DNA of 64,000 nucleotides from an uncultured Lachnospiraceae bacterium (lineage in GTDB: Bacteria; Bacillota; Clostridia; Lachnospirales; Lachnospiraceae), in assembly GCA_902766955.1 (NCBI GenBank), contig CACXFM010000083.1, forward strand, positions 5,665 through 69,664. The letters run 5' to 3'. Shown one piece after another: positions 41,360-51,223 of this stretch. The position numbers and the translations under genes are program-made. How positions within the stretch are numbered: the first letter of the stretch is position 1; every line of letters starts with the position of its first letter. The notes beneath the pieces were generated by a model that saw nothing but the letters and a program-made list of their open reading frames with translations, was not told the origin of the DNA and ran no database searches.

Positions 41360-41422
41360 GACTGTCCCTCCTGTCCTCTTTCACGCATCCGGGAATCCGA
41401 TCCTAAGCGGAAAGAATTCCTT

Positions 41423-41470
41423 AAAACGCGAAAAGGCGCCCTGGATTTTCATCCAAGACGCCTTTGTCTT
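41423..41470 (-). promoter_or_regulatory. ANTAR-type hairpin overlapping a terminator (asnB leader)
   Basis: AAGAC-AAAGGC-GTCTT; alternative stem AAAGGCGTCTTGGAT...ATCCAGGGCGCCTTTT. Confidence 0.75.
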
Positions 41471-41481
41471 TACGAGTATGA

Positions 41482-41510
41482 ATTCTAGTCTTTTCTTTCT
41501 TTTCTGTCAA
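41482..41510 (-). promoter_or_regulatory. Sigma-70/SigA promoter of asnB
   Basis: TTGACA-17 bp-TAGAAT. Confidence 0.85.
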
Positions 41511-41566
41511 GTATTATTCGTAACTAATATTTTTAAACATATTAGCTTTCGGGGACATTTCCGCTC

Positions 41567-42559
41567 TCACAGGCAGTGGCACGCCGCCATATGCCCGCCG
41601 CCGAAATCCCTCATTTCCGGTATTTCCTCCCGGCACCGGTCCGTCGCGTAGGGACATCTGGTCCGGAAGCAGCACCCGGAGGGAGGATTGACGGGGCTCG
41701 GAATCTCTCCCTGAAGAAGCCTGCGCTCCTCATCCCTCCTGTGGGGATCCGTCTTTGGTATGGCATTCAGCAAGAACCCCGTATAGGGATGCAGCGGACG
41801 GGCATAGAGCTCCTCCTTGGGCGCGATCTCGCAGAGATGCCCGAGGAACATCACCGCCACGCGGTCCGCTATGAAATACACCACCGATAAGTCATGGCTG
41901 ATAAAGAGGCTCGCGTGGTTCATCTCCTCCTTCAGGCGCTTCAGCAGATTCAGGATCTGGCTCCTGACGGACACGTCCAGAGCGGAGACCGGTTCGTCGC
42001 AGACCAGGATCTCGGGATTTAAGGCAATCGCCCTCGCGATGCCGATTCTCTGCCGCTGCCCGCCGGAGAACTGATGCGGATACCGGTAGAGGAAGTCTCC
42101 CGCCACGCCGGTTTTCTCCATCAGTTCCAGCACTCTCTCCGTCGTCTCCTCTTTCGAGCCGCACATATGGTACGTCTTCAGAGGCTCCGCGATAATATCC
42201 CGGACCGTCATTCGCGGGTCCAGACTGGCATACGGATCCTGAAACACCATCTGCATGTGCGGACGGACAGCTTTAAAGGCCTTCTCGGGCATCCCCGTGA
42301 TCTCGACATCATGGAAGTACACGCTTCCCGACGTCGCCGGCAGGAGACGCAGAAGCGTGCGCCCGAGCGTGCTCTTTCCGCAGCCGGACTCCCCGACCAG
42401 GGCCAGCGTCTCCCCCGCGGCAATCCCCAGGGTCACGTCCGTCACGGCGTGCAGGGTCTGTTTCTTATTGGTCAGAAATGTTTTGGTCAGATTCTCACAC
42501 CGAAGGAGGGCCTCCCCGCTCTTCTGTTCAGTGGCAGCTGACGGTTCACTCATCTTCAC
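41567..42559 (-). CDS. Oligo/dipeptide ABC transporter ATPase (OppF/DppF-like)
   Basis: [35 protein letters not shown]. Confidence 0.93.
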   Translation of the reverse strand: MKMSEPSAATEQKSGEALLRCENLTKTFLTNKKQTLHAVTDVTLGIAAGETLALVGESGCGKSTLGRTLLRLLPATSGSVYFHDVEITGMPEKAFKAVRPHMQMVFQDPYASLDPRMTVRDIIAEPLKTYHMCGSKEETTERVLELMEKTGVAGDFLYRYPHQFSGGQRQRIGIARAIALNPEILVCDEPVSALDVSVRSQILNLLKRLKEEMNHASLFISHDLSVVYFIADRVAVMFLGHLCEIAPKEELYARPLHPYTGFLLNAIPKTDPHRRDEERRLLQGEIPSPVNPPSGCCFRTRCPYATDRCREEIPEMRDFGGGHMAACHCL

Positions 42560-43536
42560 CCCTCCGTTTCATGTAAAAAGCAGCGGCTGAAATGGTCTTC
42601 TCCGACCGCTTTCAGCTCCGGCATCTCTTCGCGGCATCTGTCCTGTGCCTTCTCACATCTTCCGCAGAACGCACAGCCCGCTCCCAGCCGCAGAAGGTTG
42701 GGCACCGCCCCCGGGATCGCGTACAGGTATTCCTGATCCCCGCCGATGACCGGCATGGAATGCAGGAGGCCTCTTGTGTACGGATGAGCCGGATGATCGA
42801 AGATCTCACAGACGGAACCGCTCTCCACGATCCTGCCGGCATACATCACATAGACAAAATCACAGATTTCCGCGACGACCCCCAGGTTGTGGGTGATCAG
42901 AAGGATGCTCATGCCGCTTTCCCTGCATTCCTTCTGCATCAGCTGCAGAATCTGCGCCTCGATCGTCACGTCCAGCGCCGTCGTCGGCTCGTCGGCGATC
43001 AGAAGACGGGGCCTGCACACCATGGCCATCGCGATCATGACCCGCTGCCGGAGCCCGCCGGACAGCTCATGGGGATAACACGAATACCGCTTCTCCCCCT
43101 CCGGTATCCCGACATGCTCAAACATGTCTAGGACCAGCTTCTTTGCCTCCGCCCTTTTTTCGGCCTTGCCGTGTACGAGAATGGCCTCCTCCACCTGGCG
43201 CCCCACGCGCAGAACCGGATTGAGGGACGTCATCGGCTCCTGGAAAATCATGGACATCTCATTCCCGCACAGCTTCCGCAGCTCTTTATCCGGCAGCCCG
43301 ACCAGCTCCTTATCCATAAAACGGATGGATCCGCTCTCGATTCTGCCCGGATAGCGCAGAAGTCCCATGACGGATTTGGCCGTCATGCTCTTCCCGCAGC
43401 CGGATTCCCCCACAAGGCCGATGATCTTTCCCTGGGGAATCACAAGATCCACCCCGTTTACGGCGCGCACGACTCCGCTGTCCGTAAAAAACGAGGAATG
43501 CAGATCTCTTATTTCAAGCACATTTTCTTTGCTCAT
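42556..43536 (-). CDS. Oligo/dipeptide ABC transporter ATPase (OppD/DppD-like)
   Basis: [34 protein letters not shown]. Confidence 0.93.
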   Translation of the reverse strand: MSKENVLEIRDLHSSFFTDSGVVRAVNGVDLVIPQGKIIGLVGESGCGKSMTAKSVMGLLRYPGRIESGSIRFMDKELVGLPDKELRKLCGNEMSMIFQEPMTSLNPVLRVGRQVEEAILVHGKAEKRAEAKKLVLDMFEHVGIPEGEKRYSCYPHELSGGLRQRVMIAMAMVCRPRLLIADEPTTALDVTIEAQILQLMQKECRESGMSILLITHNLGVVAEICDFVYVMYAGRIVESGSVCEIFDHPAHPYTRGLLHSMPVIGGDQEYLYAIPGAVPNLLRLGAGCAFCGRCEKAQDRCREEMPELKAVGEDHFSRCFLHETEG

Positions 43537-43579
43537 CGTTTACCTCTGCCCCCGTGTCTTTTTGTTTCGCCTCTCCCGC

Positions 43580-44482
43580 TCACCTGGTCTGCAGATACGG
43601 ATCCAGCACGTCCCGGAGTCCGTCTCCCAGAAAGTTGAAGGCCAGCACGATAATCATGATGGCGACGCTCGGCGCGAGCGCCAGCCAGGGCATTGAAAAC
43701 AGAAACTGTTTCGACTGATTGACCATCAGGCCCCAGGATGCGGCGGGAGGCTGCACGCCGATTCCCAGGAAGCTCAAGGTGCTCTCCGACAGGATGCAGG
43801 ACGGCACGTTCAGCGTATAGAGCACGATCAGCGAAGGAATACAGTTGGGCAGAATATGGCGGAACATGATCTTCCACTTTCCGACGCCAATGGATCTCGC
43901 TGCTTCCACGTAGTCCGCCTCCTTCAGGCTCAGTGTCTGCGAGCGGACCACTCTGGCCACGCTGGCCCAGCCGGCCAGGGCCAGGGCCGCGAAAATGCAG
44001 ACGATCGAATTCGCATATCGGCCCATCGTATACATGAGCACCATCGTCAGAAGGAGCGACGGGAAGGACAGCATGATATCGGCGAGGCGCATAATCACAT
44101 AGTCGACCTTTCCCCCGAAGAAACCGGCGGCGAGCCCGAGGACAATCCCGATCACCAGAGAAATGGCGGGCGGGATGATGCCGATCACGAGGGACACCCT
44201 GGCCCCGTAGAGAATCCGGGTAAACACGTCTCTCCCGAGCTCGTCCGTTCCGAATATGTGAGCGGAGCTCGGCTTCTGCAGCCGCGCCAGAAGATCCTGC
44301 TGCGCCTCTCTGTAAGGAGTGAGGAAAGGCGCGCATGCCGCCAGTATGATCACGGCCACGATCACGAAGGCGGAAATGACGGCCAGCGGATTCTGCCTGC
44401 ACAGCCGGCGGAGCTTGGCCTTCACCCCGTCCTTTTCCCCGATTTCCGCATTGATGTTCACATTTGCTTCCGTTGCCATCAT
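43580..44482 (-). CDS. Oligo/dipeptide ABC permease (OppC/DppC-like)
   Basis: FGTDELGRD, YVEAARSIG, HILPN, NFLGDGLRD. Confidence 0.93.
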   Translation of the reverse strand: MMATEANVNINAEIGEKDGVKAKLRRLCRQNPLAVISAFVIVAVIILAACAPFLTPYREAQQDLLARLQKPSSAHIFGTDELGRDVFTRILYGARVSLVIGIIPPAISLVIGIVLGLAAGFFGGKVDYVIMRLADIMLSFPSLLLTMVLMYTMGRYANSIVCIFAALALAGWASVARVVRSQTLSLKEADYVEAARSIGVGKWKIMFRHILPNCIPSLIVLYTLNVPSCILSESTLSFLGIGVQPPAASWGLMVNQSKQFLFSMPWLALAPSVAIMIIVLAFNFLGDGLRDVLDPYLQTR

Positions 44483-44483
44483 A

Positions 44484-45404
44484 TTACGCCTCCCTGCGGA
44501 TTCTCGGATCCAGCACCGCATAGAGGAAATCCGCCAGCAGATTTCCCAGAATCACGATCACCGTCGTAAACAGAATGGTTCCCTGCAGCAGAGGCATATC
44601 CCTGTTCTGGACGGCATCCGTCGCCAGGCGTCCGATTCCCGGAATCGAAAAGACGCTCTCCGTGATCACGGCTCCCGACATCATGGATGACAGCTGCAGC
44701 GCCATCATGGTGATGACCGGCAGCATGGCGTTCTTCAGGGCGTGTCCGAAGATCACGGCCCCTCTCCGGAGTCCCTTGGCCCTTGCGGTATCGATATAAT
44801 CCGACTGCATCACTTCGATCAGGCTGGAGCGGGTCATGCGGGCGATACTGCCGGCGCTGTTCCAGCCGAGCGCGATGGCGGGCAGAATCATGGACTTGAG
44901 GCTGCCGTCACTGGTCAGCGGAAAGAGCTTGACTTTGAAAGCCAGAAAATACTGTAGCGCGAGAGCGACCATGAAAATCGGCACGGAGACGCCCGCGAGC
45001 GACAGGGTCATAAAAATCCTGTCGGGCGGCCTGTTCTGCGTGACGGCCGCTACAATGCCGGTCAGAAGTCCGATGACCCAGGCAAAGAGCGCGGCCATCA
45101 CCGCCAGCTTCACCGTGTGCGGGAAAGCCTGCAGAATGATGTCCGTCACCGGCCGCTTCATGATATAGCTGACACCCAGATCCCCGTGCAGCACTCCCAG
45201 CACATAAGAAAAAAACTGCTGCATCAGCGGCTTGTCCAGATTCATGGCCTTTGTGAGGCGGTCAATCGTATCCTGGCTGTAATGCTCCCCCAGAAGAATC
45301 GAGACGGGGTCTCCCGGAATAATCCTGAGCATAATGAAAATCAGCAGCATCACGCCCAGAAGCACCGGAATCATACTGAGCAGACGCTTCAGCACTCGTT
45401 TCAT
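44484..45404 (-). CDS. Oligo/dipeptide ABC permease (OppB/DppB-like)
   Basis: PGDP, DYIDTARAKGL, HALKNA, ESVFSIPGIG, LDPRIR. Confidence 0.93.
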   Translation of the reverse strand: MKRVLKRLLSMIPVLLGVMLLIFIMLRIIPGDPVSILLGEHYSQDTIDRLTKAMNLDKPLMQQFFSYVLGVLHGDLGVSYIMKRPVTDIILQAFPHTVKLAVMAALFAWVIGLLTGIVAAVTQNRPPDRIFMTLSLAGVSVPIFMVALALQYFLAFKVKLFPLTSDGSLKSMILPAIALGWNSAGSIARMTRSSLIEVMQSDYIDTARAKGLRRGAVIFGHALKNAMLPVITMMALQLSSMMSGAVITESVFSIPGIGRLATDAVQNRDMPLLQGTILFTTVIVILGNLLADFLYAVLDPRIRREA

Positions 45405-45491
45405 ATATCTTTCCTCTCCGTTCAAAGCCGCCCGGCCTGTCTTTTGCCATACGGAAGCTCCACAAAAAGCAGGTCAGCCTTCCGGCATAAA

Positions 45492-45528
45492 CGGGGAAAG
45501 CGGACCGCTGACGCGGCCGCCTTCCCCG
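45492..45528. other. Intergenic GC-rich hairpin after the binding-protein gene (mRNA stabiliser or attenuator)
   Basis: CGGGGAAAGCGG...CCGCCTTCCCCG. Confidence 0.5.
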
Positions 45529-45557
45529 CACAAAGCAATTTTACCAACAAACAGTGA

Positions 45558-47159
45558 TCATTTCATTGTCACGCCGTATACATTGAAATCACTGTATCCC
45601 GCCCAGTGGGGAACGAAGTGTTCGATACGGTCGCTTAAGACATACTGATGCTGCAGTGAAAACAGCGGAATCCACGCGGCGTCTTCTTCGACGATCTTCT
45701 TCTCGAGCGCCGCATACTCGGCCATTCTTTCCTTCTCGTCAGTGATCGCGCGCGCAGCGGCCACCCTTGCCATCACGTCCGTATCTTCGTAATTGATCGA
45801 ACGCCCCTTGGTGCTCTCCGCGGAGCCGAAGAAGGTGTCGATGATATTGGACGGATCATTGTAATCGAGTGTCCAGGGAGACGTGAACGAAGACATCTCT
45901 CCGCTCTTTCTCTTGGCCAGCCAGCCGGACTCGTCGTAATTCTCGATGTGTGCCTTCACGCCGATCTCCTGCAGGTTCTGCTCGAATACCTGGAGAATCG
46001 CCGCGCGGTTTGCGCTGGCGGAAGAATCCGCTGCCAGTTCCAGCTCGAATCCGTTCTCATAGCCCGCTTCCGCAAGGAGCTTCTTCGCGCCTTCCGGATC
46101 ATATTTCAGCCATCCCTGGTTGTCTTCCGTGTAGCCGATCGAGCCGGCCGGATAGATTCCGTCGACCAGGACGCCGTTTCCGCCGAAGACCGCATCCAGG
46201 ATGCCCTGGCGGTTAATGGCCATCTGAAGGGCCTTGCGGACCCTGACGTCATCCATCGGCTTCACCTGTGTATTCATGGTGATGTAATATGTGCCCAGGC
46301 GGTTGACTGCCACCATCTTGTCCGCATACTGTGTCTGGTAGACGGACTGTACGATAGAGGAATCGATGAAATCGCAGTCCAGAATATCGATGTCGCCGTT
46401 CTGGAAAGCCATATTCATGGAAGCGGCTTCCGGATAGACCTTGTACACGACTTCATCCGGCGTGTTGCCCGGCTCCTTCCAGGAGTGCGGGTTTCTGACC
46501 AGCGTCAGGCTGTCGTTGGTCTTCCATTCCTTGACCATGTAGGGACCGGAACCGATCGTTTTCTCCGGAACCATGCCGAAATCATCGCCGGCTTCTTCCA
46601 GGTTCTTCTTGCTCATGATGCAGCAGGTCGGCGTGGCCAGCACGGAGAGGAAACCGGCAAAAGGCTCCTCGAGCGTGATGTCGAAATGCGTGGCGTCTTT
46701 CACCGTAAGTCCGGCGAGCTTGTCCGCCTTGCCGTCGAGAAGATCCTGCGCGCCCTTGATGCAGGTGGTGAAATCCGTCTGCACGCTGTCTTTCAGCGCA
46801 AACATTCTGGTAAAGGTGGCTTCCACGTCCTCCGCGGTCAGCTGTGTCCCGTCGGAGAAATACACGTCGTCTCTCAGCGTGAACGAGTAGGTCAGTCCGT
46901 CTTCGGATACGGTGTACTCCTTTGCGATGCTGTTGACCAGCTCGGAGCTTCCGTCTTCCTTCCGCTCCACCTCGAGCAGGCGGTCGAAGATACTTAAGGG
47001 CACCGCGTAATTATCCGTCGTCCGGTGTACGTCCATCGTCTGGATATCCTTGCTCCAGGCAAGCTTGAGGACCTTTCCTTCATCCGCCGGCACACTCACG
47101 GCAGCGGCCGCGGTCAGCACGCTGACCATAATGGTTGTCAGTAAAGATCTGATTTTCAT
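45558..47159 (-). CDS. Peptide ABC transporter substrate-binding protein (family 5)
   Basis: Signal peptide; SEDGLTYSFTLRDDVYFSDG, GSGPY, DVRVRKAL, YDPEGAKKLLAEAG. Confidence 0.92.
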   Translation of the reverse strand: MKIRSLLTTIMVSVLTAAAAVSVPADEGKVLKLAWSKDIQTMDVHRTTDNYAVPLSIFDRLLEVERKEDGSSELVNSIAKEYTVSEDGLTYSFTLRDDVYFSDGTQLTAEDVEATFTRMFALKDSVQTDFTTCIKGAQDLLDGKADKLAGLTVKDATHFDITLEEPFAGFLSVLATPTCCIMSKKNLEEAGDDFGMVPEKTIGSGPYMVKEWKTNDSLTLVRNPHSWKEPGNTPDEVVYKVYPEAASMNMAFQNGDIDILDCDFIDSSIVQSVYQTQYADKMVAVNRLGTYYITMNTQVKPMDDVRVRKALQMAINRQGILDAVFGGNGVLVDGIYPAGSIGYTEDNQGWLKYDPEGAKKLLAEAGYENGFELELAADSSASANRAAILQVFEQNLQEIGVKAHIENYDESGWLAKRKSGEMSSFTSPWTLDYNDPSNIIDTFFGSAESTKGRSINYEDTDVMARVAAARAITDEKERMAEYAALEKKIVEEDAAWIPLFSLQHQYVLSDRIEHFVPHWAGYSDFNVYGVTMK

Positions 47160-47216
47160 AAAAAATAAATCCTCCCTTTATTTTATTGAAAAATACAATG
47201 CTGCTGATTTTGAAAA

Positions 47217-47315
47217 TTACGGCTGGATGTCAGCCCAGTCGTCGTCGGCGTTCAGGTCGTTGATCACCCATTTGAACCCCTGCACCGCGTCATGTATATC
47301 ATCTTTTAATGACAT
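47217..47315 (-). CDS. Small unannotated 32-aa acidic protein
   Basis: MSLKDDIHDAVQGFKWVINDLNADDDWADIQP; GGGAGG RBS; upstream AAGACA-17 bp-TACAAT with extended TG. Confidence 0.6.
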   Translation of the reverse strand: MSLKDDIHDAVQGFKWVINDLNADDDWADIQP

Positions 47316-47377
47316 GCCCATCCTCCCGCTTCTCTTTTAAATATCAGTTATTGTATCACGAAAACGCGGACTTGTCT

Positions 47378-47716
47378 TTATGAAGTCCCGTAATCCGTCA
47401 TGGCGGCAAAGAGGGGAATCACGTTGACGACAGGCTCTTCATAGGGATGGACGGTGCGGATTGCCTTCATCACATCCCCGAGCTGCTCCGCCCGGATCGT
47501 GACCTCCACTTTCAGTTCTTCTTCCGTGCTGACTTCTCCCGTCTCCCCGATATAGGGATCCGTCCCCTCGAGGGGGCGCCAGGTACTGGTCACCCGGCTC
47601 ACCGACAGGCAGCTGTCATAATTGCCGATATGGCCCGCGTCCGCATCGCGCAGGGCCTTCTGCAGATCCGCGAAGTGCGGTTCCGGTATATAGATTTCAA
47701 GCTTCAGGTATTTCAT
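47378..47716 (-). CDS. Stand-alone YqfO/NIF3-insert (PII/CutA-like fold) protein
   Basis: KLEIYIP, AGHIGNYDSC, RPLEGTDPYIG, HPYEEP. Confidence 0.8.
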   Translation of the reverse strand: MKYLKLEIYIPEPHFADLQKALRDADAGHIGNYDSCLSVSRVTSTWRPLEGTDPYIGETGEVSTEEELKVEVTIRAEQLGDVMKAIRTVHPYEEPVVNVIPLFAAMTDYGTS

Positions 47717-47834
47717 ACTTATCCCCCGTTTCTTCAACACAATCCACTTGACGCAGATTCCCGTTTTTCTCTAAAATAGCGGTTATATCACATACTCAGC
47801 CACATCACTTACAGACGGGAGTCATGCATTCAAA

Positions 47835-49193
47835 ATGGAAACGACCAGTCAGAAACAGTCCATGGTAAAAGATCTCACACAGGGAAGCGTCGCGCGCCAG
47901 TTATTTACCTTTGCGGCGCCGCTTTTTGTCGCCAACGTGCTGCAGGCCGTCTACAACATCGTCGACATGATCATCGTCGGCCAGGTCATCGGCGGCAGCG
48001 GCATGTCCGCCGTTTCGATCGGCGGCGACGTGTTGGGCCTCCTGACCTTTCTGGCCATGGGCTTTTCCGCCGCCGGCCAGGTCATCATCGCCCAGTACGT
48101 CGGAGGCAGGCATTATGACCGGCTGCAGAAGCTGATCGGGACCATGTTCACCTTTCTTCTCGGTGCGGCCCTCGCGATCTCCGTCATCTGCTTCCTCATC
48201 CGCTCGCAGATTCTGCACTGGCTCAACACACCGGCGGAATCGTTTGCCTACACGATGGACTACATGGTGACCTGTATCGTCGGCCTCGTCTTCATTTACG
48301 GCTATAACATCGTGTCCGCGATCCTCCGCGGCATGGGCGACTCCAGGCGGCCCTTCGTCTTCATCGCCATCGCGGCCGTGCTGAACACAGTGCTCGATCT
48401 CCTGTTTGTCGCCGTTTTTCACATGGAAGTCTTCGGAGCCGCGCTGGCCACCGTCATCGGACAGGCCGTAAGCTTCCTCATCTCCCTCGTCTACCTCTAC
48501 CGGCGCCGAGAGATGTTCGGCTTCGATTTCAGACCGTCTTCTTTCCGGATCGACATCGCGAGCCTGAAACGCCTTCTCTCTCTCGGCATCCCCATGGCCA
48601 TCCAGTCCGCAGCCATCATGATCTCCAAAATCGTCCTGACGAGCTGGATCAATTCGGAGGGCGTGATCTATTCCGCCCTGTCGGGAATTTACAACAAGAC
48701 CGGCATGATGTTCGGCGTCGTCGCCAATTCCTTCACGACGGCCGGCAGCTCCATGGTCGGACAGAATATCGGCGCCCGCAAATACGGCCGCGTCTCAAAA
48801 GTGGTCAGGTGTGTGGCCATCGCGGGCCTCACCTTTTCGACCGCCTTCAGCGCGTTTATTCTGCTCTTCCCCAAGGCCGTCTGCGAGATGTTTACCGGGG
48901 ACCAGGCCGTCCTGGCCGTATCATCCATGATCATTGTGCCCATTGTGCTCAATGCATACGGCGCGGCTACCCGGTCGCCCGCTTTCGCCGTGATCAACGG
49001 CTCCGGCAACTCGCGGCTCAATCTCCTGGTCGCCCTTCTGGACGGCATGCTGGCCAGGATCGGGCTCGCTTATTTCCTCGGCTTCGGCCTGGGCTTAAAG
49101 CCCTTAGGCTTCTGGTACGGGGACGCCCTGGCCGGCTTTATGCCCATCATCATCGGCGGCGTCTTTTATCTGTCCGGCAGATGGAAAACATAA
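47835..49193 (+). CDS. MATE-family efflux transporter
   Basis: DLTQGSV, YNIVDMIIVGQ, LRGMGDSRRP, GQNIGA; about 12 TM segments. Confidence 0.92.
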   Translation: METTSQKQSMVKDLTQGSVARQLFTFAAPLFVANVLQAVYNIVDMIIVGQVIGGSGMSAVSIGGDVLGLLTFLAMGFSAAGQVIIAQYVGGRHYDRLQKLIGTMFTFLLGAALAISVICFLIRSQILHWLNTPAESFAYTMDYMVTCIVGLVFIYGYNIVSAILRGMGDSRRPFVFIAIAAVLNTVLDLLFVAVFHMEVFGAALATVIGQAVSFLISLVYLYRRREMFGFDFRPSSFRIDIASLKRLLSLGIPMAIQSAAIMISKIVLTSWINSEGVIYSALSGIYNKTGMMFGVVANSFTTAGSSMVGQNIGARKYGRVSKVVRCVAIAGLTFSTAFSAFILLFPKAVCEMFTGDQAVLAVSSMIIVPIVLNAYGAATRSPAFAVINGSGNSRLNLLVALLDGMLARIGLAYFLGFGLGLKPLGFWYGDALAGFMPIIIGGVFYLSGRWKT

Positions 49194-49220
49194 AGCGCGG
49201 CATTTACGTCTTCTTTATGA

Positions 49221-51209
49221 TTATAGTGTAAGCCGCACGCAGCCGTGGGCTCTGGCAAAGGGTCCCGGGAGAATACGCGTTCCCCGGTGTTCGCCGAAAT
49301 AATCCGTATCGAACGTGATCGGCGTGCCGTCCGGGTTCTCAAAAGGCTCCTCCGGCTCAAACGCTTTGCCCAGGGTATCCGTACTGATCATCCGGCAGGA
49401 CATATCGTCAATATACTGATACAGATCCGTTTTCAATACATAGCCCGCCTCCGTCTCTTCGACGTCCGCGCTGACCGTATGCGCCGCATCGACCAGGCCG
49501 TTCTGTTCCGCGCGGTAAGCCCTGGCCCCGTTGAAGTATACATTTCCTTCCGACCAGACCGGCAGGTGTCCTTCGTGGGCACTCTCAAGCTTCGCCATAT
49601 CCGGCGTGTCGGTGTCCATGTCGAACTGCGCAATCCACTCCTCATATGTCGGGTATTCGTCCCATACAAACGTTCCCGCCGCCCGGTTTTCCCGCAGCAT
49701 TTCATCGCGGCTGTCGCTTCGTACGAGATAGTCATCGGAGGGCCATTTCTGAATAAAAATATTATTGCAGAAGCGGTCGTCTCCGTGCAGGATCGTCATG
49801 AAGCCCATGACCTCGGTGCGGTGCGGAATATGGTAGGGCGTATATCTTAATCCCGTCCCTTCTCCGACAAAGGTAAACGCGCCGCAGATCAGATTATGGA
49901 CCATGGCGACGCCTTCCGTCGCGATGCGCAGGGACACGTCGGACATCAGAATATTGTGGTCGATCAGGGTCGGCCCGTGTCCCACTTCGACAAAAATATC
50001 CTGGCTCGACATGCCGCCTTTCAGAGGCTTCGCAAAGTCCGGCTTCTGATTGTCATGGAGAAGATTTCCGGTGATCCGGGTGCCCTGGGCCTCCCAGTCG
50101 CACCAGATGCCCATAGTGCAGTGATGGATATGATTCCGCCGCATGATCACGTCGATCGCGGCGTGCATCTTGATGCCGGCGATCTCCGCGCCGCCCAGCT
50201 CCATCATGTTGTTGATGTGATGGATATGGTTGTCCTCGATCACGCTGAAGACGCCGCCCATGCGCCCGATGATGCCGCCCTGCTCGCAATGATGAATATT
50301 GCACCGCCTCACGATATGGCTGCCGATCTTCTCCTTGAGCCATCCGTGGTACTGTCCCCTGCACACGGCGTCCCGCTCCATCTGGGTCGGGCTCTTGACA
50401 TGCTTCGTCGTGAAATAATGATCATTCTCCGGGTCATAATATTTGCCCAGGCCGATGCCTGCGCATTTGGAATTGCAGATCTCGCAGTCCTCGATGATCC
50501 AGCCTTTCGACCAGTGGGGCCCGATCATGCAGTCCTGGAAAGCGGCCGGCGGCGCCCATGTGGTCGCGGCCTTGTCGATCTTAAAACCGGAGACGGTGAT
50601 ATAGCCGAGGCCAGTCTTCGAGGGCATGAAGCATTCCCTGCGGACGGTGAACTCCACCAGTTCTTTATTCGGGTCCGCCTCCTGGAAATTGCAGTAAAAG
50701 ACCGTCTCTCTGCCGTCCTCCGACTGCTCCGAATACCACTTGTACACGGATTCCTCCGGGACCCAGGACACTACACTCTTGTTATCCGAGGCGCAGTCTT
50801 CTCTGGAGACGGCTTCATAGAGCGCCCTCCCGTTCAGAAAAACCGATCCGGTGTGGCGGGATTTCCCCGCAAAGTACCAGTCCCCGTACACATATGTCGT
50901 ATACGGATTGTAAGATCCGAAAATACTGTTGTCCACCGACGCTCTCCAGAGCTTCCCCTGCTTCTCCCAGCCGGACAGCACTTCGGCGCCCGTGATGACG
51001 GCTTCGTTCTTCCGGACACTGCGGTACGTGATTCGCGCATCTTCTCTTCCGCCATTAAACGGATCGACATATTCTCTGTAAATACCCGGCGCAACCAGCA
51101 CGTCATCGCCCGGCTGCGCAAGACGCGCCGCATCCGAGATGCGGCGGAACGGTCTTTCATTTGAGCCGTCGCCCCGGAAGGCGGCATTCTGATCGACATA
51201 CCATTTCAT
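49221..51209 (-). CDS. Right-handed beta-helix glycoside hydrolase, GH120 beta-xylosidase-like
   Basis: GDGSNERPF, PGIYREYVDP, WAPP, WCDWEAQGTRI, EVGHGP, RYTPYH. Confidence 0.8.
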   Translation of the reverse strand: MKWYVDQNAAFRGDGSNERPFRRISDAARLAQPGDDVLVAPGIYREYVDPFNGGREDARITYRSVRKNEAVITGAEVLSGWEKQGKLWRASVDNSIFGSYNPYTTYVYGDWYFAGKSRHTGSVFLNGRALYEAVSREDCASDNKSVVSWVPEESVYKWYSEQSEDGRETVFYCNFQEADPNKELVEFTVRRECFMPSKTGLGYITVSGFKIDKAATTWAPPAAFQDCMIGPHWSKGWIIEDCEICNSKCAGIGLGKYYDPENDHYFTTKHVKSPTQMERDAVCRGQYHGWLKEKIGSHIVRRCNIHHCEQGGIIGRMGGVFSVIEDNHIHHINNMMELGGAEIAGIKMHAAIDVIMRRNHIHHCTMGIWCDWEAQGTRITGNLLHDNQKPDFAKPLKGGMSSQDIFVEVGHGPTLIDHNILMSDVSLRIATEGVAMVHNLICGAFTFVGEGTGLRYTPYHIPHRTEVMGFMTILHGDDRFCNNIFIQKWPSDDYLVRSDSRDEMLRENRAAGTFVWDEYPTYEEWIAQFDMDTDTPDMAKLESAHEGHLPVWSEGNVYFNGARAYRAEQNGLVDAAHTVSADVEETEAGYVLKTDLYQYIDDMSCRMISTDTLGKAFEPEEPFENPDGTPITFDTDYFGEHRGTRILPGPFARAHGCVRLTL

Positions 51210-51223
51210 AAATCTGTTCCTCC

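Noticed and set aside
23152-41488. Long plus-strand ORFs (23152-24732, 24723-26636, 36102-37646, 39602-41488) and similar ones elsewhere
   Set aside because: Antisense to well-supported genes and with no recognisable domains
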